Shown piece by piece: positions 44,055 through 53,563 of a stretch of 59,576 nt of DNA. Every line of letters starts with the position of its first letter. The first letter of the stretch is position 1. Both the position numbers and the translations under genes were made by a program. Source of the stretch: a virus. The DNA is taken from positions 1 through 59,576 of the IMG/VR virus record IMGVR_UViG_3300045988_178550, one strand, 5' to 3'. Below the pieces are notes generated by a model. That model was not told the DNA's origin and did not search any database. It was given only the letters and a program-made list of their open reading frames with translations.

Positions 44055-44474
44055 TTAGTAATCGGTTACTTTAGGCGTTTGATTGTTAATTGATTGTGAA
44101 TAACTAATAGTTACACTTCCTGACTCTGTGCCAGTTTCGCTATCAGTTGATAACTTTAATGTATAACTTTTATTAGGAGTAACTCCTACATACCAAATAT
44201 CATAGGCGGATTCGTAATCCCATAAAGATAACCAATATTTTTTGCCATTTACTGAATATACATCTAAAGCTACTTCGCCTTCGTGTTCATGGTATACATC
44301 ACCCTCTACTTTTAATACTTTTACACCCGCAGGCACTGTAATAGTAACCGTTGTATTCACATCCATAGTACTCAACAATCTTGTTTCAGTAGTCGGTACA
44401 CTTGCTTCTAATGTTGCCCCAACTGTTACATTGCCTGTAACCACTAAACTCATAGGATTGTCTGTCAAAGCCAT
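44055..44474 (-). CDS. cassette-family protein B
   Basis: Start at ATG 44474 (GGAGGAAAAAG SD): MALTDNPMSLVVTGNVTVGATLEASVP...ISYSQSINNQTPKVTDY. Confidence 0.7.
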   Translation of the reverse strand: MALTDNPMSLVVTGNVTVGATLEASVPTTETRLLSTMDVNTTVTITVPAGVKVLKVEGDVYHEHEGEVALDVYSVNGKKYWLSLWDYESAYDIWYVGVTPNKSYTLKLSTDSETGTESGSVTISYSQSINNQTPKVTDY

Positions 44475-44509
44475 CTTTTTCCTCCGATTTCTCACAGAGG
44501 AATATTACA

Positions 44510-44989
44510 TTAATAATCAGTTACGTTAGGTATTTTTTGATTAATTGATTGAGAATAAGAAATCTTTAAATACCCTCCACCCAAATTATATTCTGCGCCT
44601 ACGTATAACGATAATTTATAAGTTTTGTTTGGTGTTACTCCGACATACCATTGATCATAGAAATTAAAACCCTCTGATCTATAACGCCACTCTTTTTGAT
44701 TAGAAAGGTTTTTTATTTCTACAGTAACGTAATCATCATAACCCTCGCTAGATTCTGCATGACTGGAAATATATAATACAGTAACTCCATCAGGAATAGT
44801 TATTGATACTTCCTCATACAAGATGTCATTTGCTTCAATATTTTTGTTGATCAAGAAAGTTTCTTCTGTAGGCACAATAACTTCTAATTCTGCACTAACC
44901 GTAATATTCCCTGTGACTGTAATATTCATAGGATTATCAGTTAGTGCGTGTAATTGTAATAGTAATCTCGGAAGACGGCTGACAGACAA
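44510..44989 (-). CDS. cassette-family protein A; start ambiguous (TTG 44989, or ATG 45033 after a +1 change in the G tract)
   Basis: ..LHALTDNPMNITVTGNITVSAELEVIVP...ISYSQSINQKIPNVTDY; the family ATG position is CAC here. Confidence 0.6.
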   Translation of the reverse strand: MSVSRLPRLLLQLHALTDNPMNITVTGNITVSAELEVIVPTEETFLINKNIEANDILYEEVSITIPDGVTVLYISSHAESSEGYDDYVTVEIKNLSNQKEWRYRSEGFNFYDQWYVGVTPNKTYKLSLYVGAEYNLGGGYLKISYSQSINQKIPNVTDY

Positions 44990-45004
44990 TTCTTTATCTG
45001 CCTG

Positions 45005-45014
45005 CCCCCCCCCC
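45005..45014. repeat. C10/G10 homopolymer
   Basis: Ten consecutive C on the plus strand, counted directly; longest G/C run seen in this AT-rich genome. Confidence 0.95.
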
Positions 45015-45034
45015 TAATTAATTTATTAAACATT

Positions 45035-45310
45035 TTATTCGTCCTCCTTATTTACATCAATTTTTTCTAAAAGCTCTCCATCTTTGTTATAACCAGTGAT
45101 TATAAGATTTTGACCTTTTTTAACTAAAATACTATAAGGTGAATTTGCTTTTACACTAAAAGAATATTCACCACTTGCAACAAAATCAAGATTCGCATAA
45201 CTGTCTAATGTGTTTGATAATTTAGCACATTTTTCATTTAGTTCTTTTTGCATATCTTCATATTCCGATTTTGTTTTCCCGCCTAATAATTTTATCAACC
45301 AATTAAACAT
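45035..45310 (-). CDS. hypothetical protein
   Basis: 91 aa; N-terminus MFNWLIKLLGGK resembles the MFNKLIRGGG leader of cassette A. Confidence 0.5.
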   Translation of the reverse strand: MFNWLIKLLGGKTKSEYEDMQKELNEKCAKLSNTLDSYANLDFVASGEYSFSVKANSPYSILVKKGQNLIITGYNKDGELLEKIDVNKEDE

Positions 45311-45914
45311 CTTCGTCCTCCTTTTCTAATACAGCTCCAATTTCAGCATCGCCATTTATTGCTAATGTATTTGCGCTTGCAGTTTGATAGCTTCCTGACA
45401 ATGTAAATGTCTTAAAGGTGTATCCACTATTCGGCGTACACAAATTGCTTGCAGTTTTGCCATGCTGAACAGTAAAGGTTGACGTATATGCAACACCATC
45501 AACTGTAACAGTAATCGTTCCACCTGTAGGCTGATTAATCGTATAAGTATAGGTTTTCAAGGTAGCGGCTGTTGCACTAATAGTGATATTATCTGTCAAT
45601 GTTCCACTTGTACTGCTTAATGTGCCTGCATTATAACCTGTACTTGCTGATATACTTGCCGTATAAGTTGACCCTGCTTCTGCTGTAAATGTTGATGTAT
45701 ATGAATTGCCATTGCAAATTACTGTTATTGTTTGATTTGCTGATTGTACGATTGTGACCGTTACTGTTACTTCGGACGTGTAACATAATCTTGCTACGCC
45801 ATTTACTCCTATATACATTTTTTTGACTTTTCTTGCCTTGCCGTCTACTCCAATGTATATATTCTTTGCTTTTCTTGCTTTACCATCTACACCTATATAA
45901 ATGCTTTTTGCCAT
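45303..45914 (-). CDS. fibre-associated protein with a triple N-terminal repeat and Thr-rich beta repeats
   Basis: KSIYIGVDGKARKAK / NIYIGVDGKARKVK / KMYIGVNGVARL, then YTSTFT-type repeats. Confidence 0.55.
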   Translation of the reverse strand: MAKSIYIGVDGKARKAKNIYIGVDGKARKVKKMYIGVNGVARLCYTSEVTVTVTIVQSANQTITVICNGNSYTSTFTAEAGSTYTASISASTGYNAGTLSSTSGTLTDNITISATAATLKTYTYTINQPTGGTITVTVDGVAYTSTFTVQHGKTASNLCTPNSGYTFKTFTLSGSYQTASANTLAINGDAEIGAVLEKEDEDV

Positions 45915-45926
45915 TTTCGCACCTCT

Positions 45927-47642
45927 TTATTCGTACACAATATAAAGTGTGCCTGTGGTTAATGCAGAGCTTCCAGCGGTTAAATCAGTTGTACTATAGG
46001 TATATGCAGGTGCACATCCTAATGCAGTCCTTGCGGCGGCGGCTGTTGTTGCACCTGTTCCTCCGTTGGCGATTGGTAATGTGCCAGTAACTCCGACTGT
46101 TATATTTGCCGAGCCGTCAAAGCTACCAGCAGTGCTACTTGCAAGATTTGCTGTGATAGTCCTTGCAGTTGCTAGTTTTGTTGCTGTATTTGCATTACCT
46201 AACCATTTTGCAACACCATCATGTGTGACCGTTGCAAACAAATTATTATTGCTAGAAAAAGCTACTTTCGTATCATCGTCACGTATGACAAACACATTAT
46301 TATTCGTTCCAACTCTAAATACATGAGGTTGATTTGTGCTCGCGTGATAAAATAGTCCACCTAAATTATCTGTTCCAATTCTTGCTTGTACTGTTTCACC
46401 TGTCGGAGAAACACCAAAACTTACAGTACCACTGCTACCTGCCGCAGTTCCGTTAGATACGCCAATACTTGCCCTGAAAATATTTAATGCTGTATAGGTA
46501 TTTGCTTGATTTAATAAGCCTACTTCATCAGTACAAGCAATTTCTCGCCATGCAGTCCAACTACTATTTTCATGGTAAAAACAGCGTTGATACGTTCTTG
46601 AAACTACATAACTACTCCCATAAGTTCGATAAATCTGGACTAAACTTGTTCTAGGGGCATTAAATCCAATCAATACACTTAATACACCGCTCCTTAGCGT
46701 TGCATCATTATAGCTAGTGGGGAGATTTGCTATTGTGTTTGCTTCTATATTGCTTTGTACTTGATATTCTCCAGGAGTTTTGTAATCATTAAAATCGCTA
46801 TTTGAAGGGATAAAATTCGTTATGTTTAAATATTTAGCCGAATTTACATCTCCGTTAGCTATACTATCATCTACATATTTTTTATTCGATACATCAGTAT
46901 TTACTGTAGGAGTTTTGTTTACTGTCAATTCCAGTCCATTTGCATTAGTATATTTACCCCATGGAGTATTATTTAACGAGCTAAATTCTACTGTGCCATC
47001 AGAATTATATACACTAGCAAAAGATGTTTGAGCACCACTTCTTAAATAGCAAGGTCTATAATCAGCGGCATACATTATTAAATCGCCTTGTTTGTTTCTG
47101 GCTATGGAAGGTGTTTGTTTACTACCTTCAGGTTGTTTTCCGAGCCATAAATAAGTTGATACATCACCAGGAGTGGTAGCACTGCCCCGTATTGTTAAAT
47201 TTGTATTAAATATAGCACTACCATTCCAATAGTTATTGCCTGTCCATGTGTTATTGCCTGCTAATTTGCCATAGGTCGTATGAATATTATTGCCATTAAT
47301 ATCAGCTAATGCTTTTGTTGCTGTACCCGCTGCATATTCTTGAAATGCGTCCATTGTGCCTAATTTAGTATCATCTACGACTTGATATTGTACTGGAGGA
47401 GTAACTCCTATTATCATTACAGTATCGCCATTTTGAACATCATCAACAGTTAAAGCAAGCATATCTGTAACAGTATCAACCTTTATAACATTATCCAAGC
47501 CTGCTGGAGGAATATTAGAAATATCTAATTGTCCTTTTATACGAGTGGCATCAATATCACTGGTATTTACATAATCAATTAAACTATTTATATATTTGAT
47601 AAATGCCAGTCCGGATAATGTTTTCGTTATTTTCTCAAACAT
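45927..47642 (-). CDS. tail fibre protein
   Basis: 571 aa, Gly/Thr/Asn-rich, in the fibre block after the baseplate; higher GC. Confidence 0.65.
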   Translation of the reverse strand: MFEKITKTLSGLAFIKYINSLIDYVNTSDIDATRIKGQLDISNIPPAGLDNVIKVDTVTDMLALTVDDVQNGDTVMIIGVTPPVQYQVVDDTKLGTMDAFQEYAAGTATKALADINGNNIHTTYGKLAGNNTWTGNNYWNGSAIFNTNLTIRGSATTPGDVSTYLWLGKQPEGSKQTPSIARNKQGDLIMYAADYRPCYLRSGAQTSFASVYNSDGTVEFSSLNNTPWGKYTNANGLELTVNKTPTVNTDVSNKKYVDDSIANGDVNSAKYLNITNFIPSNSDFNDYKTPGEYQVQSNIEANTIANLPTSYNDATLRSGVLSVLIGFNAPRTSLVQIYRTYGSSYVVSRTYQRCFYHENSSWTAWREIACTDEVGLLNQANTYTALNIFRASIGVSNGTAAGSSGTVSFGVSPTGETVQARIGTDNLGGLFYHASTNQPHVFRVGTNNNVFVIRDDDTKVAFSSNNNLFATVTHDGVAKWLGNANTATKLATARTITANLASSTAGSFDGSANITVGVTGTLPIANGGTGATTAAAARTALGCAPAYTYSTTDLTAGSSALTTGTLYIVYE

Positions 47643-48816
47643 TTTCAGTAACTCCTTCCACTAAATCATAAATACATAATCTACCTGCAAAAGGATAAAT
47701 TGCTCTTAATGTAACTGATTTATCAGTCATAGTATTAAATTCCATATCCACGAAAGGCACTCTAATATATTGATTATTAGCTTCGTCCTTCATTTGAATA
47801 TTTAAAATTGCTTTACCACTTGTATAAATTTCGATTGTATATGTATCCCCATCGGCGACCCATAAATCTTCTGAAATTTCATCAGTAAATTCAATGTAAG
47901 TACAACCAGTTAAAAAATTATTATACCAATCTTCAACTTGTTGTGCTTGTATATTAACCTGCTCAGCCTTTTCATTTACATTATTATTTTTTTCTGTAAT
48001 ATCATCATGCCTTGATTGAATGTCAGCATAAATTTCATCAATTTGTGCTTTTGTTTCTGTTACAATTATTTGATTTGCTTCAGCACGATCAGCTTCTAAT
48101 TTTGCATTTGATTCAGATTCTGCTGCATTTTCTTCAGATTCTTTTGCATTTGTTTCAGATTGTTTTGCATTTGTTTCAGACATACTTGCATGCATTTCAG
48201 ATTCACCTGCAGCAACTGCACTGTCTTCTGCTTGTTTTGCATATTCTTGTGCAGATTCAGAATATATTTCTGCATCACCTGCAGCATTTTCCGCTCTCTG
48301 TGCAGCTTGTTCTGCAAGTTGCGTATTTTTGTAAACCTGGTCTGCATAGTTTGCAACATCTTTAACAGCATCAGCAGCTTCATTTGCGGCATCTTGTGCA
48401 TCATCCCTGGCAGTTTCAGCATCCCTTTTTGCATCTAAAACTTGGTCAACAAATTGTTGATATTTATCAGGCGTCGGATCAGTTGATGGGTCACCTTCAT
48501 AAAACCCAGAATCATATACTGTAATTTCTAATTCATTAGTTGTTGCACGATTTGTTTTACCAGACATACCATAACAACTAACAAACATTGTCCCTCCACC
48601 AACTAATGCTTCCCAAGGCACTTGATATTGAACACCTGGTCTTACATCAGGGACATCATATGTTTTTCCATCCCTTGTAAACTGAACAACTTTTACATAT
48701 TCATTCCATTCTTCAGATGTTTCTAATGTAAAGTATAAATACCCTTGGCTATCTGCTACAATTCTACTTGTCGCATAATAGCTAATATTTTGATTCATTA
48801 TTCGCAATTGTAGCAT
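47635..48816 (-). CDS. tail fibre / baseplate-attached protein with a central coiled-coil repeat
   Basis: 393 aa; SETNAKQSETNAKESEENAAESESNAK heptad-like repeats. Confidence 0.6.
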   Translation of the reverse strand: MLQLRIMNQNISYYATSRIVADSQGYLYFTLETSEEWNEYVKVVQFTRDGKTYDVPDVRPGVQYQVPWEALVGGGTMFVSCYGMSGKTNRATTNELEITVYDSGFYEGDPSTDPTPDKYQQFVDQVLDAKRDAETARDDAQDAANEAADAVKDVANYADQVYKNTQLAEQAAQRAENAAGDAEIYSESAQEYAKQAEDSAVAAGESEMHASMSETNAKQSETNAKESEENAAESESNAKLEADRAEANQIIVTETKAQIDEIYADIQSRHDDITEKNNNVNEKAEQVNIQAQQVEDWYNNFLTGCTYIEFTDEISEDLWVADGDTYTIEIYTSGKAILNIQMKDEANNQYIRVPFVDMEFNTMTDKSVTLRAIYPFAGRLCIYDLVEGVTENV

Positions 48817-48827
48817 AATAACACTCC

Positions 48828-49694
48828 TTATAAGTCATCAACACGAAGATAATATGGCCAAACAATATGTTTAGGATATGCTTCTGCTCCACCACTATTT
48901 TCCATTGTAATAGGATGTGTATGTGCACCAGCAGTAGTTGTAGTTCTTGTTGCTTGGTCAGATCTTTCATATGCAGAAGCAGGCCATGTACCATGCGCAT
49001 CATATTCACGAACAATTTGAAAATTATGTGAATGTGCACCAGCTTCTCCAACAGAACCATTATGATTATGCGCTTTATTCTGATCGTTATAAAATGCACC
49101 AGAATTTTGAGGAGTACCACCTCTAACAAAACTTAACATCTTAGGACATCTGAATGTAGTACTTCCATCACCTAAGCTAAATACACCAACCGATTCATAT
49201 AATGCAGCTCTTCGTTGCCACTCTGTTTCAGAAACAACAGAACAATAAGTGCTTACAAAATTCCACAATGTTGGTTTTGTTGCCCTTTGTAAAATTGGTC
49301 CATTATGTAAAGCAACAAAACCAGGAGGAGCTGAAGTCCATGGCTGCTGAATAATTGTACCAATTGCGACATTCAATGCTTGCCTTGTAAAAGCAGATTC
49401 AATAGTCCAAACTACAGTACCATCAGTAATTTGTCCTTGTTCTTTGTAACTTGCCCATGTAGGTTCTGTTTTACCAGTTGTGCCATCATTTTGAGCAATT
49501 AATCTCTCATTTAATCCAAATGGGCAATAAATTACTGCACCTTTTTTGATATTAGTATTAGGAGTCCAGCTGTATCGTTTTAAAAATTCGGTTAATGCAG
49601 CCATTTGATTTTCCCATCTATTAGTGTCATCATCAATAACTGTCATTGTTAAAGTCCATGCTTTTTTAACAAAATCAATAATCCCAAGGCTCAT
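48828..49694 (-). CDS. tail-collar-domain fibre protein
   Basis: FSLGDGSTTFRCPKM..FVRGG and repeated HNHNG/AHSHNF/AHTHP motifs typical of the phage Tail Collar domain. Confidence 0.65.
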   Translation of the reverse strand: MSLGIIDFVKKAWTLTMTVIDDDTNRWENQMAALTEFLKRYSWTPNTNIKKGAVIYCPFGLNERLIAQNDGTTGKTEPTWASYKEQGQITDGTVVWTIESAFTRQALNVAIGTIIQQPWTSAPPGFVALHNGPILQRATKPTLWNFVSTYCSVVSETEWQRRAALYESVGVFSLGDGSTTFRCPKMLSFVRGGTPQNSGAFYNDQNKAHNHNGSVGEAGAHSHNFQIVREYDAHGTWPASAYERSDQATRTTTTAGAHTHPITMENSGGAEAYPKHIVWPYYLRVDDL

Positions 49695-50596
49695 ATTACC
49701 ACTCCATTCTCACTAATACTAAACACATGCCTCATAATTTCTTCAGTTTGATGAATAACATAAACCGGACTATCAAATAAAATCTGGTCACTTTCATCTA
49801 ACAACTGAATTCGCATAATAGCAATTTCTTCTTCTTGTTCTGGAACAATATATTCTAAAATTGCCTGATGTGCAGCATTTGTTTTTGTTTCAAATTCAGT
49901 AATTTCAATATCATAATTTATTCTTACTTTTTTAATTTCATCAAGAGTAAATTGTCTTAATTTTGAACCCATTAAAATTGACATGCTCATATCATTCACA
50001 CCTTTAATTAAACTAAAATCACCATAACTGATGAACGGCTTTTCACCTAAAATCCACGTACCATTTAACACATAATTATAAGTTAAAGTTGACTTATATA
50101 ATTCATGAGTAAAATTAAATGTATGCCATAAAACTGGCTTATTAACAAAAACAATATTACATGGCTTTATATTCTCAACAAAAATATGAACTTCATTATA
50201 CCAAAATTGATTTTCAGCTGAACTTTCCAAAGTCATTGTATAAGTATCATAATCAATTGTTAAAGTATAATTGCCAGCTCCAATCATTTCATCCAGTCGT
50301 TTTCTTAAAAATAATGCCGTATAATATGGCACTACAGAAGCCCTATTTAAAAGCCTCTGCCTCCGTTCCTCTAATGTTTCAGTTGCAGGATTTGATTCAA
50401 TACCAAAAACAACTTCATAAGCATAAATGCCATCTTCATCGGCCAATGCAATAAATTGATTGCAAATTGCCTTCCTGAACATTATGCCCATTTCTTCAAA
50501 TTCTTTATTTTCAGTATCGATTATTGTATCAATTTCCAAAATGCCATTATAATATCGAGGAACATATTTTGCTAAATCAACCTTGCGACTTATCAC
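49691..50596 (-). CDS. XkdU/P2 gpI-like baseplate protein (DUF2313)
   Basis: N-terminal LAKYVPRYYNGILEIDTIIDTENKEF pattern; follows baseplate J. Confidence 0.6.
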   Translation of the reverse strand: MISRKVDLAKYVPRYYNGILEIDTIIDTENKEFEEMGIMFRKAICNQFIALADEDGIYAYEVVFGIESNPATETLEERRQRLLNRASVVPYYTALFLRKRLDEMIGAGNYTLTIDYDTYTMTLESSAENQFWYNEVHIFVENIKPCNIVFVNKPVLWHTFNFTHELYKSTLTYNYVLNGTWILGEKPFISYGDFSLIKGVNDMSMSILMGSKLRQFTLDEIKKVRINYDIEITEFETKTNAAHQAILEYIVPEQEEEIAIMRIQLLDESDQILFDSPVYVIHQTEEIMRHVFSISENGVVI

Positions 50597-51764
50597 TGAT
50601 ATTCAACTCCCCTAAAACCGGTATCTGTTGAACTTCTGCAGTTTGCAATAAAGTGATATCCTTAACATCACCATTTAAGGTTATATCATAAGCACTACTT
50701 ACACCGGTAACCTCTAAAATGTTATAACTAATACGACCAACATAAACAATTGACGTATATTTATTCCATGTGTCGCCAACATCCCATTCTTGACGCATTC
50801 TCAAAAAGTATTCATTTATCTTCTGCTCAATGTCAGGTTTTAATTGTGCAGCATTATAACCAGGTAAACAAGTAATTGTAGCAGAAATATTAATTGCCAA
50901 TTCATTAGGTGTTGACACAGTGACTTTGTGCCCAATTGGTGCAATGCCTAATCCATGTTGTTCGATATCAGGATTATCATGATTTTCAGGGTCTAAATAT
51001 TGTTTTAATTGGTCACAAAATTCATCAGAACATTTATTATAATCAACATCCAAAATTGATACTTTAACTGTTCCACCACCTGCCCAAACAGGATATATTT
51101 GAACTGCACCTACACCAGTGTACTCCATAATCCATTGTTTGTATTGGGTAACATTACCACCAAATGCATTTTTACCAACCTGGGACAAAAACCTTTCACG
51201 TAATGAATCATCACTCTCAGTATCAGTGCCAGGAGTAATTAAAGTACTAATTGTTGCATTTGCTAACCTTGCAACAAATTCAATTGGTTGTAATTGTCCA
51301 ACATAACTGTTACCAATAGTTCCTGCTGTTTCACATTGAAGGTTATAATCACCAGCAATAACTTCACCAGATTCACTATCAATATAAACAGATGTTATAA
51401 CATAATTTAAAATTGTGTCCATACCTACTGTGCTAAACCTTGTACCAATTGGAACATCAACAGGATTCCCTAAAGAATCTAAAAATGTTCCTCGTTTAAT
51501 AGCATAAGTTGCTTGCCTTCTTGTTAATCCACCTTCGACTACTTTGGCATCCAACCATTCACCATAAGCAGTTTTAATAAAACTGTTGTCCAACAACTCT
51601 GCAAGTTTAGCATACCAAATTGCCAATTCATAACAAGCAGGAGATATTGCATCACGAATGATGCTACCTTCTCGTTTATCAATGGTATCAGGAATGCGAC
51701 CTAATGCATCTTGCAAAATTGAATCGTATGTGTACCCAACTAAATAATCAGATATCAAACTCAT
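50577..51764 (-). CDS. baseplate J-like protein (XkdT)
   Basis: 395 aa; EGSIIRDAISP N-terminal motif; position. Confidence 0.7.
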   Translation of the reverse strand: MSLISDYLVGYTYDSILQDALGRIPDTIDKREGSIIRDAISPACYELAIWYAKLAELLDNSFIKTAYGEWLDAKVVEGGLTRRQATYAIKRGTFLDSLGNPVDVPIGTRFSTVGMDTILNYVITSVYIDSESGEVIAGDYNLQCETAGTIGNSYVGQLQPIEFVARLANATISTLITPGTDTESDDSLRERFLSQVGKNAFGGNVTQYKQWIMEYTGVGAVQIYPVWAGGGTVKVSILDVDYNKCSDEFCDQLKQYLDPENHDNPDIEQHGLGIAPIGHKVTVSTPNELAINISATITCLPGYNAAQLKPDIEQKINEYFLRMRQEWDVGDTWNKYTSIVYVGRISYNILEVTGVSSAYDITLNGDVKDITLLQTAEVQQIPVLGELNISDKSQG

Positions 51765-52162
51765 TGTAATGTAACCTCCTGACTAAAATCAATTACTCCA
51801 TCAACTGTTCCTAACCTAAAAGTTATTAGCATTGAATCCAATTGTTCACCTAATTCACAATTAAAATCATACATGCCAGTAATTCTATCATCATTAGCTA
51901 AACATTCCCTTACTGTTCGTTGAATATCAGACTTAATAAAATCAAAATCCTGAGCAATGTATTGTTCAATTTCAATTCCATAATCAGGTGAATAAATAAC
52001 ATAAGCATATCGTTCAGTATAAAAATTTTTAACAACTGCCTGAATAATTGCTTCTAATCCATCAACATAACCAATAATACGTTTTTTAGTTAAATCAACT
52101 TTGTATGTTTTTGAGGGATATACTTTAGAAGTTTGCACATTAAAATCAACTTCCGGTGTCAT
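51761..52162 (-). CDS. XkdS / gp25-W-like baseplate wedge protein (DUF2634)
   Basis: IGYVDGLEAIIQAVVKNFYTERYAYVIYSPDYGIE. Confidence 0.65.
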   Translation of the reverse strand: MTPEVDFNVQTSKVYPSKTYKVDLTKKRIIGYVDGLEAIIQAVVKNFYTERYAYVIYSPDYGIEIEQYIAQDFDFIKSDIQRTVRECLANDDRITGMYDFNCELGEQLDSMLITFRLGTVDGVIDFSQEVTLQ

Positions 52163-52548
52163 AATACAATCCCCTCCTCACGTTCAAACACATAATATAA
52201 TTGGCCACCATTTACACATAATGCTCTAACTCGATCACCTGGTTGCAATCCCCTCCAAAGCATTATTTCTGGTAATTCTTCAGTTGTGTTATGATAGCCA
52301 TCATGAATTGCCTGATGTTTATGCCTTATCTTTCCTTGATATCTAAAAGGAATTTCAATAACAGCTTCCTTACATAAACAAGATAAAACAATAAAATCAG
52401 AATTAACAATTTGATTGTTATCAAATTTTATTTGCAATGGAGAAATAGATTGCACATAACCATACATAAATTCCGCTTTACGATTATTCTGCGGATTAGT
52501 TGGCCTTTTAATGTACTTTTGTACTACTTCAAAAACCCTACTTCCCAT
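52159..52548 (-). CDS. XkdR-like baseplate protein (DUF2577)
   Basis: YGYVQSISPLQIKFDN pattern; position. Confidence 0.55.
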   Translation of the reverse strand: MGSRVFEVVQKYIKRPTNPQNNRKAEFMYGYVQSISPLQIKFDNNQIVNSDFIVLSCLCKEAVIEIPFRYQGKIRHKHQAIHDGYHNTTEELPEIMLWRGLQPGDRVRALCVNGGQLYYVFEREEGIVL

Positions 52549-52558
52549 TTATTTCACC

Positions 52559-53563
52559 TCATGAATATTGGTCTAATTCCAAACTTGTATTCAAAATGTC
52601 AATTTGCATTGTTTCATTATTTTCTTCAATGTTATGTGTGCATTTTGAAATAACAAAATCTTGCTTACCTTTAAACCCAGTGTTTTTCAACTCAGATATA
52701 TCAACAATGATGCCGTTACCTGCCCTTAAATCAAAAATTGCTCCTTGAATATTTAAGGTCATTTTCCTTGTTTCCCTATTCTTAACTCTTAACAAATCAG
52801 AAGCTTTTTTCTCAATTTGTTCATAAGTCATACTTTCATCAACAGGCTCATAATATTGCAATAATCCCCATTTTTTGATATTGTTACTATCTTTAACAAT
52901 ATATACATCTCTATTTGCGGTATCCTTATTTTCCCTTACCAATTTAATCTGGTTATAAGTATCACTGTCAATAGATGATTCATAAGTATAACCAGTTAAT
53001 GCACTTAAGTCACCAATATAATAGTTCGTTTTTAAGCTGTTCAAATTCACCAACTCAACAGTACCAACATTGTCCCTAAGTATGAACCATTGATTCGTAA
53101 AAATCAAACATTCATCTAATCCAAACCGAATTATATCATAAATTGTTTTATTATCATGAATTCGTTTTGATACTTCCCATGTACAATTATCAACAATTCG
53201 ATGCTGAACATTAAAGTCCTCACATAATTCAGTAAAAATCTGTTCTGCAGTTTTCCCTGAGAGAACATAAGTTGCGACATTCTTTAAATACCTTAATGAG
53301 TCATAAAGTGTTACTGAAATGATTCCTGAATTATTGTAGGTGGTCACAAAAACAAACCCTTGAAATATTGGTTTATCATTACATCTAATAATTACTTTAC
53401 TGCCTTTTGATAATAACAATCCATCAACATTTAATACTTGCATTGTGCATTTTCCTGGTTGTGATTCAATAGTTGTTTCAATTGAAAACCTGGTAACAAT
53501 TTCAGATATTTCAATGACTTTGCCTGTTTCAGAATCTTGTAATAAAATTTGATAAGTGTTCAT
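52559..53563 (-). CDS. XkdQ / gpD-like baseplate hub protein
   Basis: 334 aa; position between the XkdP-like and XkdR-like genes. Confidence 0.55.
   Translation of the reverse strand: MNTYQILLQDSETGKVIEISEIVTRFSIETTIESQPGKCTMQVLNVDGLLLSKGSKVIIRCNDKPIFQGFVFVTTYNNSGIISVTLYDSLRYLKNVATYVLSGKTAEQIFTELCEDFNVQHRIVDNCTWEVSKRIHDNKTIYDIIRFGLDECLIFTNQWFILRDNVGTVELVNLNSLKTNYYIGDLSALTGYTYESSIDSDTYNQIKLVRENKDTANRDVYIVKDSNNIKKWGLLQYYEPVDESMTYEQIEKKASDLLRVKNRETRKMTLNIQGAIFDLRAGNGIIVDISELKNTGFKGKQDFVISKCTHNIEENNETMQIDILNTSLELDQYS

Noticed and set aside
43233-45033. Diversity-generating retroelement as the source of cassette variation
   Set aside because: No reverse transcriptase ORF is present anywhere in the genome. 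Cassette bodies differ by wholesale divergence and indels, not by adenine-specific substitutions against a template repeat.
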